Assembly (NCBI GenBank): GCA_963803435.1
Contig: CAWDML010000003.1
Coordinates: forward strand, 480,001-544,000
Source: an uncultured delta proteobacterium
GTDB lineage: Bacteria; Myxococcota; Kuafuiibacteriia; Kuafuiibacteriales; Kuafuiibacteriaceae
Direction: 5' to 3'
DNA: 64,000 nt
Shown: positions 19,321-29,286 of the stretch, one piece after another
How the letters are laid out: every line of letters starts with the position of its first letter
Position numbering within the stretch: the first letter of the stretch is position 1
Translations under genes and position numbers: made by a program
The notes under the pieces: generated by a model
Database searches by the model: none
What the model was told of the DNA's origin: nothing
What the model saw: the letters and a program-made list of their open reading frames with translations, nothing else

Positions 19321-20192
19321 GCGCACCGGTCTCCATCGAGGTGATCGACGGCGGTGCGCGTCTCGACCAGCTCCTGGCGCGGCACATCCCCGAGCTCTCG
19401 CGCCGGCAGGCCCGCCGCTTGATCGAGCAGGGCGCCGTCTTTCTCGACGGCAAGCGCTGTAAGGTCGCCTCCCGCATGATCCCTCGCGGCGCCCACCTGG
19501 TGGTCCATCTCGAGCCCGCCGCCGCCGATCCCGCGCCGTTTCGGATCCTGTACGAGGACGAGCGGCTGATCGCGGTCGACAAGCGGCCGGGCGTCCAGGT
19601 GAACGAGACCGAGACCTCGCCCGTCCGATCGCTGGTGGCGCACCTCGGCGCGCTCGCGGTGCATCGGCTCGACCGAGAGACCTCCGGCGTGGTGGTGCTG
19701 GCCAAGGACGCGGCGGCGGCAGAGCAGCTGTCGGCCGCGTTCCGCGAGCGCCGGGTCGAGAAGGAGTATCTGGCGGTGACGATGGGGGCCCCGCCCGACG
19801 GCGTCATCGATCGCCCGATCGGGCGCGATCCCAAGCGACCGCGGGCGCGCACGGTGCGCGAGGACGGCAAGCCGGCGACCACGCGGATCCGCGTCCTGGT
19901 GCGCTCGGGCGACGCTGCGCTGGTCTCGGCCGAACCTCAGACCGGACGGACGCACCAGATTCGCGTGCACCTCCGCAGCGTGGGCACGCCGATCGCGGGT
20001 GATCTCACGTATGGCGGACCCGCGGCGCTGCGGATCGGGGAGGCGGTCGTGCGCCCCCAGCGGATGCTTCTGCATGCATTCCGGCTGAATGTGCCGTTCG
20101 GTGGACACGTCTTACGGATCGAGGCGCCGTTGCCGGACGACTTCAGGGCGCTCGGCGTCCACGGGCTGGCGTTCGACGCGTCTGCTGGGTAG
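19317..20192 (+). CDS. RluA/RluD-family pseudouridine synthase with S4 domain
   Basis: RLDQLL..SRRQARRLI (S4), HRLDRETSG, TGRTHQIRVH, GDLTYG and LLHA. TTG start overlaps the previous stop. Confidence 0.92.
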   Translation: MSAPVSIEVIDGGARLDQLLARHIPELSRRQARRLIEQGAVFLDGKRCKVASRMIPRGAHLVVHLEPAAADPAPFRILYEDERLIAVDKRPGVQVNETETSPVRSLVAHLGALAVHRLDRETSGVVVLAKDAAAAEQLSAAFRERRVEKEYLAVTMGAPPDGVIDRPIGRDPKRPRARTVREDGKPATTRIRVLVRSGDAALVSAEPQTGRTHQIRVHLRSVGTPIAGDLTYGGPAALRIGEAVVRPQRMLLHAFRLNVPFGGHVLRIEAPLPDDFRALGVHGLAFDASAG

Positions 20193-20203
20193 CCTCTACC
20201 GCC

Positions 20204-20686
20204 ATGAACGCGCGCGCGACTCTCTCGTTCCTCACGACGCTCGCCTTCGCGACCCCGGCGCTGGCCGCCGAAGTCTCCGATGAGGACAAGGCGAAATACG
20301 AGGCTGCGGCCCGCGAGGCGATCAACGCGACCGGCTCCGCCATCGATGCGTGCACCGATCGGTACATCGAAGAGAACCCCGGCACGCAGGGACAGGCCAA
20401 GATCTCGATCCAGATCGTGAAGGGCGGGGTGGTGAAGTCGGCGGTGGTGGAGACCGTCCTCACGGGCGCGCGCTCGCTGCGCGACTGTCTGGAGCGCGTG
20501 GCCCGCGGGTGGCGCTTCCCCGAGCCGCAGACCGACAAGCCGGACGCGCTCTCCCTCCAGATCCCGGTGAAGAAGGGGGCAAAGTTCAAGATCTACGCAC
20601 CCGGCGAGCAGCCTCCGCCCGAGGCCGCCCAGCAGCCGCAGGGCTTCCTGCAGTTCACCCCGAGCTTCCTGCGGACCCACGAGTGA
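20204..20686 (+). CDS. Secreted AgmX/PglI C-terminal (TonB-C-like) domain protein
   Basis: Signal peptide (ALA), then IDAC..Y..NPG..G..I..GGVV..CL...WRFP. Confidence 0.7.
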   Translation: MNARATLSFLTTLAFATPALAAEVSDEDKAKYEAAAREAINATGSAIDACTDRYIEENPGTQGQAKISIQIVKGGVVKSAVVETVLTGARSLRDCLERVARGWRFPEPQTDKPDALSLQIPVKKGAKFKIYAPGEQPPPEAAQQPQGFLQFTPSFLRTHE

Positions 20687-20698
20687 CAGGAGTGAACC

Positions 20699-21463
20699 TT
20701 GCGTAGCGCCGCCACCCTCGCCAGCTTTCTCGCGGGCCTGCTCCTTTCGAGCAGCGTGTGGGCCGACCCGCCCGGCAAGGAGCCGGACGACGGCGACAAG
20801 CTGAAGAAGCCCGGTACCGTCCTCACGTTCTACGGCCTTCGCAAGCTCGAGCAGGATCCGGCGGTCTCCGACGAGGAGAAGCTGCACGAGTGGCAGGCGT
20901 TCATCCAGCGTTCGGCCGAGCAGGTGGAGTACGCCAAGAAGGCGGTCACGCGCTGGAAGGACGCCGCCAAGATCCGGGTCGTGGAGGCGGCCTCCAAGGC
21001 CGATCAGGATCCGAACCTGCTCCCGCGCGACAAGGTCGAGAAGTGGAAGCAGGTCGTCGACCTCTATCCCCGCAGCAAGGAGGGGCGCCAGGCGCAGAAG
21101 CGCGTGATCTGGTGGGCGGGCGTCGAGACCAAGCGGCTCGCCGAGGCTGCCGACGCTGTCGAGAAGGCGCGCAAGCCCAAGGTCGAACGGATCAAGGCGT
21201 GGCTCGAGGTCCTCACCTGGACCGCGAAGGGCCCGGAGGCGCGGGCCGCCGAGAAGCGGATCACCGACCTGCAGGATCAGCTGTACTCCGAGGCCAAGAG
21301 CGTCGACGAGATCGCGCGCGTTGCCAAGCAGACCAAGCTCGAGGCCTGGCGCGACGTTCTCAACGGCCGGCCCACCAACGCCCAACGGCAGCTCGCGAAG
21401 AAGCGCGTGGAGGAGCTCGAGTCCGAGCTCGTGCAGGACGACTCCTCGATCCGAAAGCAATAG
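20699..21463 (+). CDS. Secreted alpha-helical repeat hypothetical protein
   Basis: Signal peptide (VWA). Four repeats of K..xW..(F/V)...P...A.KR. Native codon usage. Confidence 0.7.
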   Translation: MRSAATLASFLAGLLLSSSVWADPPGKEPDDGDKLKKPGTVLTFYGLRKLEQDPAVSDEEKLHEWQAFIQRSAEQVEYAKKAVTRWKDAAKIRVVEAASKADQDPNLLPRDKVEKWKQVVDLYPRSKEGRQAQKRVIWWAGVETKRLAEAADAVEKARKPKVERIKAWLEVLTWTAKGPEARAAEKRITDLQDQLYSEAKSVDEIARVAKQTKLEAWRDVLNGRPTNAQRQLAKKRVEELESELVQDDSSIRKQ

Positions 21464-21472
21464 GGACGGAGG

Positions 21473-24400
21473 TCAGCGGCGTCCTTCGCGCGCGGTCGCC
21501 AGCAGCGTCCGGTTCCGGTTCGAGGGCTCCAGCTCCACCGCGGTCTCGAGGGCCTCGATGGCCGCTACCCGATCGCCTCGCATCAGCGCGACCTCCCCCT
21601 GCTTGACGAGCATGTCCGCCGCGTACTGCCGCTCCGTCTTGTCGAACATCTGCTTGCGATAGCTCTGCCGCGTGTCGGCGTTGCTGAGCACCTGCCAAGC
21701 TGCATCGATGATCGCGTTGATCTCCTTCGCGATCGATTTGACGTCGTCGGGCGCGTCCCGGATCGGGGCCCGCTTGAGATCGAACTCACGCTTGATGGTG
21801 TCGTAGGCGCCACGATGGCTCCGGTGGTGGGCGCTCCAGTGGACGCCGAGGACCTCGAAGTGGTTCATGCCGCGGAGCAGCGCCAGCCGCTCGCGCATCT
21901 CCTTCTTGACGCGGACGAACGCGCTCGGCTCCCGGGCCATGCTGGTGTTCTCGCGGACCACGTGCTGGTGGCCGTCGGTGAACTTCAGCTGGCCCATGCT
22001 CAGGAGCACGCCGACCAGGCGCAGCGATGCCAGCCGCCCGATCGGGCTGCCGAGGACCGCATCCGAGATCGGACGGGTGCCGTCGAGCTGGAGCTGGAGG
22101 AAGCGCAGCTCTTTCTGCTGGAGCTGCATCGGTCCGGCGATGCGGTCGAGGTCGTCGACCGGCGCCACCCTCCGCGTCATGTTTTTGCCAAACAGCACCT
22201 CGAGCTCGTTCGAGCCGAGGGCCTCGTAGCGATGGCGGACGTGGTGCGCGAGCACCGTGATGCCCTTGGTCAGCACCAGGTCGGCGGCGCCTGGGGGTTC
22301 GCGCCAGGGGCCCCACTCGAACCGGCCGCCCTTGAAGCCGAAGGCGCTGCTGAGCACCACGCGGGTCTGCTCGCGCAGTCCGGCCGAGAGATCGGACTTC
22401 CGGATCAAACCGAGCGAGACCAGGGTACGGCCGAGCGACTTCTTGTTCTTCTGCGCCGTCTCCAGGCCCTGCCTCAGGCCGGCCTCGTTCAGCCGCTTGT
22501 TGTTGATCAGGATCCGGCCGAGCGCGTGGTTCTCGTCGCCCGGCTTGAGCGTCACGAACGCGACGCTGCCCTCGTGGAGCCAGACGCACAGCTTCCTCTT
22601 GTCCTCGGCCTCGACGTCGAGCACACCCCGGAGCGCGCGCCGCGCCAGGAACTCGAAGAGCTGGAGCACCGAGGTCTCGCCGAGCTCGGTCTCGTTGTCG
22701 ATCCTGCGGAACTGGAGGTCGAGGATCCGACCCATCGTGAGGGGGGCGTCGAGCTTGCCTTTGATCGGCGAGAGGCTGCCGCTGGCGTCGCCGGCCTTCG
22801 CGGCGGCGTCGAGCGCGTGCTGGTCGAGATCGATCGACGCGTCGTCATCCTCAGGGGCCGGAATCTCTCCCGTCTCCGTGATCTGCTGGAGCTTCGCGAT
22901 CACATCCTGGACGTGGGGCAGCATGAAGCCGACGCGACCGGCGTCCGCGAAGACGACCTCGGCCTCGAGCATGCACCCGAGATCGGTGTCGCCCACGGTG
23001 AGCTGCAGATGCTTCTTGCTGCGGAGCGGGAGCGGGCTCGACTCGACGAACAGGCCGCCGTTGCTCAGGTTGGTCTTGAGCTCGTGTGAGAGATCGGTGA
23101 TGCGTTCGAAGCGCACCACGGTGCCGATCAGCTTCGGGGGTTGAGGCGGGCTCGCGTCGACGACCGGCGCGGCGGGCTCGGGCACGGGCTCGACCAGGTC
23201 CGAGGTCACGACCGCCGCGGGAGCCGGCGGGGCGCTGTCCGCGCGCGCCTGCGGTGCGATCTCCCCGACGATCCCCTCCAGCGCTTTCACCAGCTCGTCC
23301 TTCGACTCGATGAGCAGCTCGCGAAGCGGTGCGTGATCGGGGATTGCCAGCGCCACCAGCCCGCCGACGCGCGCCAGGATCTGGGCCTCGATGTTGATGG
23401 CGCGGCCCGCCGCGATCTTGAGTTGCACCCTGGCGCCGACCTCGCCGTCGGGGCCTCCGACCGCGATCAGGAGGCCGTGGCGCGCCTGGGAGAGGTACAG
23501 GCCCAGCAGGTCCGCCTCGTCGTGCAGCTTGACGACGCCGCCGCGGGTGACGCGGACGAAGCGCCGCGAGCGATCCTCGAAGATCTCGATCCCTTCGGCC
23601 GCTACGCCCGAGGGCGGCGGAGGATCGGGGGGTACAGCTTGGTCCGGCACGGCAGGGTCGACCTCCTCCACGGACGATACGATGCGAGGCACGACCAACG
23701 ACGGTGACGGCGCCCAGGGCTCGAACTCGTGCTCGAGATCCACGCTCTCCAGCGCGGCGTCGGAGAGCGGTCGCGGCTCCATCGACAGGAGGTCGAGATC
23801 GATCGGATCGCCGTCGTAGGTATCGTCGGCGTCTTCGGTCGCGGGCGGTGAGCCGGGGATGCGGGACGTATTCCGCGGCCGTCGCGTGCGCATCGGTCGG
23901 TCGTAGAGGTTCAAGTCCTGCGTCCCATCCGGGAGGTCCTCGCTCTCTTCCGGAGGATCCTCGACCACGGTGGTGCTGCGATCGGCCGCCTGGCGGGCCG
24001 GCGGCTCGTCTGCGTCGGTCTCCGCAGGATCGGGAATCGACGGCATCGGGCGCATGTGGATCTTGCCGCTGGCCGGCTCTTCGTCGGTGATGTGGATCTC
24101 CGCCACACCCGTGCGGTGCGACGCGCTCTCGAACACCGGCATCGGTGCGATCACGGTGGCCTCCGACGGCACCGCGAAACGGCTCCGCTCGGCGGCCTGG
24201 CCCAGACGATCCAGCTCGGGCAAGACCGACTGCTCGAAGTTCTCGAACTCGAGCCCCACGAAGCCGTCGCGCGAGAAGACCACCACCGCCTCGGCGTCGA
24301 CGGTCCACCCGACCCCGGGCGCCTCGATCCGGACGGCGAGGCCCTCCTGGAGCTCGAAAGTGCGGCGGGTTCGCACGAAGGCCCGGCCGCGCCCGAGATT

Positions 24401-24493
24401 GCCCGCGAGCTCTCGAAGGAAGTGATCCGTGTCGGAGAATCGAATCACGTCGTCGGCGCCGAGCTGCGCCGGCCTGCCGGCCTGCCTCGCCAT
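21473..24493 (-). CDS. Multidomain protein: PilZ-like domains, acidic/Pro linker, DUF4388, J-like domain, TPR
   Basis: NLGRGRAFVRT and NLSNGGLFVES (myxobacterial PilZ-like). LRGVLDV..LGRILI..LGRTLV..GRFEW (DUF4388). NHFEVLGV (J-like). C-terminal TPR. Confidence 0.75.
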   Translation of the reverse strand: MARQAGRPAQLGADDVIRFSDTDHFLRELAGNLGRGRAFVRTRRTFELQEGLAVRIEAPGVGWTVDAEAVVVFSRDGFVGLEFENFEQSVLPELDRLGQAAERSRFAVPSEATVIAPMPVFESASHRTGVAEIHITDEEPASGKIHMRPMPSIPDPAETDADEPPARQAADRSTTVVEDPPEESEDLPDGTQDLNLYDRPMRTRRPRNTSRIPGSPPATEDADDTYDGDPIDLDLLSMEPRPLSDAALESVDLEHEFEPWAPSPSLVVPRIVSSVEEVDPAVPDQAVPPDPPPPSGVAAEGIEIFEDRSRRFVRVTRGGVVKLHDEADLLGLYLSQARHGLLIAVGGPDGEVGARVQLKIAAGRAINIEAQILARVGGLVALAIPDHAPLRELLIESKDELVKALEGIVGEIAPQARADSAPPAPAAVVTSDLVEPVPEPAAPVVDASPPQPPKLIGTVVRFERITDLSHELKTNLSNGGLFVESSPLPLRSKKHLQLTVGDTDLGCMLEAEVVFADAGRVGFMLPHVQDVIAKLQQITETGEIPAPEDDDASIDLDQHALDAAAKAGDASGSLSPIKGKLDAPLTMGRILDLQFRRIDNETELGETSVLQLFEFLARRALRGVLDVEAEDKRKLCVWLHEGSVAFVTLKPGDENHALGRILINNKRLNEAGLRQGLETAQKNKKSLGRTLVSLGLIRKSDLSAGLREQTRVVLSSAFGFKGGRFEWGPWREPPGAADLVLTKGITVLAHHVRHRYEALGSNELEVLFGKNMTRRVAPVDDLDRIAGPMQLQQKELRFLQLQLDGTRPISDAVLGSPIGRLASLRLVGVLLSMGQLKFTDGHQHVVRENTSMAREPSAFVRVKKEMRERLALLRGMNHFEVLGVHWSAHHRSHRGAYDTIKREFDLKRAPIRDAPDDVKSIAKEINAIIDAAWQVLSNADTRQSYRKQMFDKTERQYAADMLVKQGEVALMRGDRVAAIEALETAVELEPSNRNRTLLATAREGRR

Positions 24494-24628
24494 CGTGCAC
24501 GTGAATCCTAGCGTCGCAACGGCTCCGGGGCCAAGGATTGAACCGGCTCGGAGCCGTGTTGAGTCGGGTGGCTTTTTCGCGATAGCGTGGGGCCCGGCCT
24601 GGTCGGACCAGAGTCCGAGGACGCGGCC

Positions 24629-25150
24629 ATGGCCGAACCCACCAACTCGAAGTTCTTCACCTACCGGGACGCCGACGGCCACCTGTACCTGTCCGACTCT
24701 CTGGAAGGCATCCCCAAGAAGTACCGGGAGCTCGCCGAGGAGGTGAAGCTCGGCGAGCGGCTGAAGCAGGCCCGCCAGCTGCCCAAGAAGAGCCTCAAGG
24801 AGGCGAAGAAGGTGCAGCGTGAGGTCGGCGACGTGCTGCCGTTCGTCAAGGACCTGGACCTGCCCTCTGTGACCGTGGGGTTCGCGCTTTCGCTCGGCGT
24901 CCTCTTGGTGCTTTCCATCGTCAAGAGGACCGGCAAGCTGCTGATCAAGCTGGCCTTGCTCGTGGCGATCTGCGCGCTGATCGGGGGGGCCTACCTCGGT
25001 TGGCTGCGCCGGGCTGCCGGCCTCGGCGACAGCAAGCTCTCCTCGCCGAAGGCCGTCATCGACGACGCCAAGAAGGCCGCCACCCAGTTTCAGAAACGGC
25101 TCGACGAGCAGGAGAAGACGCTCCACAAGATTGAGGAAGGCGCGCGATGA
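24629..25150 (+). CDS. Membrane protein with N-terminal DUF4124-like motif
   Basis: FTYRDADGHLYLSD..IPKKYR followed by two TM helices. GAGG SD before ATG 24629. Confidence 0.7.
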   Translation: MAEPTNSKFFTYRDADGHLYLSDSLEGIPKKYRELAEEVKLGERLKQARQLPKKSLKEAKKVQREVGDVLPFVKDLDLPSVTVGFALSLGVLLVLSIVKRTGKLLIKLALLVAICALIGGAYLGWLRRAAGLGDSKLSSPKAVIDDAKKAATQFQKRLDEQEKTLHKIEEGAR

Positions 25151-25446
25151 GCAGGAATCCCGTCGAGGTCAAGAATGACAGAGAGAACGGCCGGGTCGTC
25201 ATCAAGTGGGACGACGGGACGAAGCTCGAGTACGCGCTCGACAATCTGCGCAACGCCTGTCCCTGCGCCGGCTGCCGGGGCCACAGCCCGGGCGAGGTCG
25301 AGCCGCCCCAAGTGCGCGGCGTGACGGTGGTCGGAATCCACGAGGTCGGAAGCTACGCGCTTCGCTTCGACTGGTCGGACGGACATACGACAGGCATCTA
25401 CACCTGGGCGTACCTGGAAGAGATCGGTCGCGAGGCGGTCGTCTAG
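25147..25446 (+). CDS. DUF971 (GBBH N-terminal-like) Zn/Fe-S-binding protein
   Basis: LRNACPCAGC, VGSYAL and WSDGHTTGIYTWAYL. Confidence 0.9.
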   Translation: MSRNPVEVKNDRENGRVVIKWDDGTKLEYALDNLRNACPCAGCRGHSPGEVEPPQVRGVTVVGIHEVGSYALRFDWSDGHTTGIYTWAYLEEIGREAVV

Positions 25447-25456
25447 AGAGGGTGCC

Positions 25457-27103
25457 ATGGCCGAGAGGAAGAAGAAGAAGGACGTCGTCGAGACAATCGT
25501 GTCCCTGCTCGAGCACGAGGCCCCCGAGCGCCGCGCGGCGGCCGCCATCGTGCTCGGGGAGCTCGCGGTCGACGCGGGTGATGCGCTCGAGGCGCTCCGC
25601 CGGGCGATCAAGCGGGCCGACGATGTGGAGCTGCGCGTGCGGGCCGCCGAGGCGCTGGGTGCCAGCGGCACCAAGACCATCGTGAAGGACCTGCGGCCGC
25701 TCCTGAAGGATCCCGACGATCGCGTGCAGAAGATGGCCAAACACGTGCTCGCGACCAGCGACGCCATCACCACCGAGGACATCGCGACCATGCTGGAGGC
25801 GAAGGACGATCGCCAGCGCATCGGCGCGATCGCGGTCCTGGGCGCGCGCGGTGGTCCCGCCGAGCGGCGCACGCTGATCCAGCAGCTGATCGGCTCGTCC
25901 AACCGGATCGGGGAGGCGGTGGTCGAGGCGCTCGAGCCGATGCTTTCGCATCTCGCGGAGCACGAGATGCACGGCGCGCTCGAGGATCTGCGGGCGCTGC
26001 TCACACCGGAGCTGCTCGCCGACGCCAACCTCGCGGGCCGCGCGGTCGAGCTGCTCTCCTGCATCGCCAGCCCTGAGAGCGCGGTGGCGCTGATCGATCT
26101 GGCCGGGATGGCGACCCACGCGGAGGTGAAGGCGAAGGCCATCACGGCGCTGCGGGTGACGATTGCGGGTAAGAAGCCGGAGCAGCGGGTCTTTCGTTTC
26201 CTCCTCGAGCAGCTCGAGTCCAACGAGAACGATCCCCGGATCGTCCAGGCCGCGGTGGACACGCTCACCGGGTTCGACGTCCCGTTCGCGCTGGAGCCGC
26301 GCGTGCGCAGCCTGATCGGAGCGGAGGCCGCCAACGTGCGGAGGTGGGCGCTGCGTGCCCTCGGCGCGCTCGACACCGCGCCCGCGGCCAAGGCCTTGGG
26401 CGCCGCGGTCAAGGACGGCGATCCAACGGACCGTGCCATCGCGCTGGAGGCGGCGCTGCTGACGCCCAACGGTCGCGCGGCGCTCGCGAAGTCGCTGACG
26501 TCGATGACCGATCCCGAGAAGGCGCGCGCGGTGGCCACGGGCCTCCGGGCTCACTCCGCCGACATCACGCCCTCGACGCTCCACATGCTGGAGGAGGCGG
26601 TGGTCGACACCGAGGCCTCCATCGCGCAGGTGATCATCGAGCTGTTGAAGCACTGCGGGCGGGGCGCCGACAAGGCGCAGGAGAGCTTGCTCGACAAGGC
26701 GATGCGCCTCAAGGCGAAGGGCCAGTGGTCGGACGCCGCCGAGCTCTTCAGACGCATCTGCCAGAGTCGGGACGCCGATCCGGAGGCGCGCTATCAGCTC
26801 GGCATCTGCGAGCTCAAGATGTCCAAGCGCAAGATCACCTCGGGAGGCACGCACGACGCGTGCGTCGAGACCTTCGATCAGCTCACACGCGCGCGCGAGT
26901 TCAACGTGGTCGACCGTCTCTCCGGCGAGACGATCCTCGAGCCGGACGAGCTCTACTATCTCGGCTTCTCGCTGGCGGAAGGGAAGGGGACCGCCCAGAA
27001 TCTGGGCGGCGACATCCTCACCATCCTCTCGGAGCAGACGCGGGATGAGAAGCTGGCTCAGATGGCGAAGAACAAGCTCCAGCGGATGGGATGGCTGGAG
27101 TAG
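25457..27103 (+). CDS. HEAT-repeat protein with C-terminal TPR
   Basis: Repeated RxxAAxALG units and a TPR-like DPEARYQLGIC. Confidence 0.8.
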   Translation: MAERKKKKDVVETIVSLLEHEAPERRAAAAIVLGELAVDAGDALEALRRAIKRADDVELRVRAAEALGASGTKTIVKDLRPLLKDPDDRVQKMAKHVLATSDAITTEDIATMLEAKDDRQRIGAIAVLGARGGPAERRTLIQQLIGSSNRIGEAVVEALEPMLSHLAEHEMHGALEDLRALLTPELLADANLAGRAVELLSCIASPESAVALIDLAGMATHAEVKAKAITALRVTIAGKKPEQRVFRFLLEQLESNENDPRIVQAAVDTLTGFDVPFALEPRVRSLIGAEAANVRRWALRALGALDTAPAAKALGAAVKDGDPTDRAIALEAALLTPNGRAALAKSLTSMTDPEKARAVATGLRAHSADITPSTLHMLEEAVVDTEASIAQVIIELLKHCGRGADKAQESLLDKAMRLKAKGQWSDAAELFRRICQSRDADPEARYQLGICELKMSKRKITSGGTHDACVETFDQLTRAREFNVVDRLSGETILEPDELYYLGFSLAEGKGTAQNLGGDILTILSEQTRDEKLAQMAKNKLQRMGWLE

Positions 27104-27106
27104 CGG

Positions 27107-27745
27107 ATGATCGACACCACCTGCGTCGACTTCCACCGCGTGCCCGAGGGCGGTCTGGTGGTGCTCCGCATCGAGGGCAGCGCGGTGCGGGTCCTCGACA
27201 ACGGACGGCGCACCGGGCCGCTGGAGCCGGGGATGGTGCTGGCCGTCGGGGAGACGATCGCGCTCGACCGGGGCACGATCGTGGTGGCGAGCGACGTGGT
27301 GATGATCGGCGGCCGCAACGGGCGTGCCCACACGTTCGTCGGTGATCGCGCGTTCCGCTCGTCGCCGTCCCGCGGGGACGTGCCGGCCCTGCTCCGGCAG
27401 TTCGAAGCCCTGGCCGAGGATCCCTTCGCGAGCATCGAGCCTCCCACCACGCCGTACGAGCGGGCCACCACCGGCGACTTCGCCCGGATGAACCTGGAGG
27501 TTCGTGCGGCGCTGGAGCTGTCGGAGCAGACCGCGCGCGCGCTGGGGGCGGTCCCGCTCTTTCTCTCGGAGGAGACCGCATTCGTGGCAATGGCGCGGGT
27601 CGACCTGCCCCGGATGATCCGGTTGATGTCGGAGCTCTCGCGTCCGGTGAACCCGCACTTGGTCCCACCGGAGGTCGTAGAAGAGCTGATCGGGCGCGTT
27701 TACGGCGCCGGTGGCTTCCTTCCGCCCTCCTCGAAATCCGCCTAG
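27107..27745 (+). CDS. Hypothetical protein with C-terminal GspE/PilB N-terminal-like domain
   Basis: LSEQTARALGAVPL..FVAMA..L..PVNP..V.E.I.RVYG resembles T2SSE_N. Confidence 0.55.
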   Translation: MIDTTCVDFHRVPEGGLVVLRIEGSAVRVLDNGRRTGPLEPGMVLAVGETIALDRGTIVVASDVVMIGGRNGRAHTFVGDRAFRSSPSRGDVPALLRQFEALAEDPFASIEPPTTPYERATTGDFARMNLEVRAALELSEQTARALGAVPLFLSEETAFVAMARVDLPRMIRLMSELSRPVNPHLVPPEVVEELIGRVYGAGGFLPPSSKSA

Positions 27746-27756
27746 AATGCGCGCCG

Positions 27757-29058
27757 ATGGCGAGCCTCAACGAGGTCTTCGAGACGGCCGAGACGGCCTT
27801 TCAAGAGCAGAGATGGGAGGAGGCGTTGCGCAAGTACGTCGCGGTCATTCAGGCCGCGCCGCGCTTCACGCGCGCCCGCTACCGGGTGGCGGACACGCTG
27901 CTCAACCTGGGTGATCCAGCGAAGGCGAAGGAGGTCTACAAGGGGCTGGCCTGGCACTACATCAAGTCCGGACATCCGTTGCTCGGACTGGTCGTGTGCA
28001 AGATGGTGCTCGCCCTCGACCCGAGCTACACGGACATGCTCTACATCCTCGCCGAGCTCTACTCCTCGGAGTCGGATCGCGTCGCGGACGTCGACCTGCC
28101 CGAGCCGCTTCCACTGCCCGACGGCGCGCCTGCACCCGACATCCCGAACCTCGACGCCCCCACGCTGCTGGAGACCGCGGCCAAGATCGCGTCCGACACC
28201 GATCCGATCACGGAGGTCCCGCCGCGGTTCCCGCTCATCCCGCTGTTCTCGCACCTGACCGAGGATGCGTTCATCAAGGTGCTCGGGAGCTTGAAGCTCC
28301 GCCGCTGCACCGACTCGCAGAACATCCTGGCCGAGGGCGAGGAGGGCGACTCCTTCTTCATGCTGGCGGACGGCGTAGTGCAGGTGTCGAAGAGCTTCGA
28401 CGGCAAGGACACCGTCCTCGCCCACTTGCACCAGGGCGCCGTGTTCGGCGAGATGGCGCTGGTCTCCAACGCGCCGCGCGCCGCCACCGTGAAGGCGATG
28501 GGCGACGTGGATCTGCTGGAGCTGGCGAGGCACGATCTCGAGGAGCACGCGGGCGAGCTCGAGAGTGTGAAGCTGGCCCTCAAGAAGTTCACGCGCGGGC
28601 GCTTCCTGGCCAACCTGGCGGCGACGAGCCCGCTCTTCAAGCCGCTGGACAAGGCGGAGCGACGCGCGCTGATGCAGAAGTTTCAGCCGCAGAAGACGTA
28701 TCCCGGCGACATCATCATCGAGGAGGGTGACGCCGGCAAAGGCATCTACCTGGTGCTGCGCGGCGACTTCAAGGTGACGAAGAAGGACGGCGCGAAGGCC
28801 GTCGAGGTGGCGACGCTCCGAGGGAGCGACGTCTTCGGGGAGATCTCGCTCCTCAACAGCTCGCCGACGACGGCTTCCGTCACCGCCACCACCATCGGCG
28901 AGATCCTGTTCCTCCCCCGTGAGGAGTTTCAGACGGTGATCGACGCCCACCCTTCGGTGAAGGCGACGCTCGATCAGCTCTCGGCCGATCGGATCAAGGA
29001 GCTGAAGAGCGCCGTGGCGAAGGAGCTGACCACGGACGACAGCGGGATCATGATCTAG
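27757..29058 (+). CDS. TPR plus tandem cyclic-nucleotide-binding domain protein
   Basis: EGEEGDSFF..GAVFGEMAL..PRAATV and EGDAGKGIY..FGEISLL..PTTASV. Confidence 0.9.
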   Translation: MASLNEVFETAETAFQEQRWEEALRKYVAVIQAAPRFTRARYRVADTLLNLGDPAKAKEVYKGLAWHYIKSGHPLLGLVVCKMVLALDPSYTDMLYILAELYSSESDRVADVDLPEPLPLPDGAPAPDIPNLDAPTLLETAAKIASDTDPITEVPPRFPLIPLFSHLTEDAFIKVLGSLKLRRCTDSQNILAEGEEGDSFFMLADGVVQVSKSFDGKDTVLAHLHQGAVFGEMALVSNAPRAATVKAMGDVDLLELARHDLEEHAGELESVKLALKKFTRGRFLANLAATSPLFKPLDKAERRALMQKFQPQKTYPGDIIIEEGDAGKGIYLVLRGDFKVTKKDGAKAVEVATLRGSDVFGEISLLNSSPTTASVTATTIGEILFLPREEFQTVIDAHPSVKATLDQLSADRIKELKSAVAKELTTDDSGIMI

Positions 29059-29124
29059 GAGCGTGTAGCGCGTAAGCGCTCACGCGACCCCGGTCCGGGT
29101 CCCGGTCCCGGTCCGGGTCCCGAT
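29057..29124. repeat. Left arm of a long inverted repeat with CGGTCC hexamer tract
   Basis: AGGAGCGTGTAGCGCGTAAGCGCTCACGCGACCCCGGTCCGGGTCCCGGTCCCGGTCCGGGTCCCGAT matches the reverse complement of 29661-29727 at 63 of 68 positions by manual alignment. Confidence 0.95.
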
Positions 29125-29286
29125 CTGAAGATGGCTGCCTTGAGTCAGACGCTCGCGACGGTCGCGAGCTTCGATCGGATCAAGTCCAGGCGTCGAAGTC
29201 GATCCGCCCAACGATCGATTCCAGACGAAACGACCTCCAAGAACTTCTGCTGGTCAAAGTGGACGCGCTACCGCAAGCTAGCTTGC

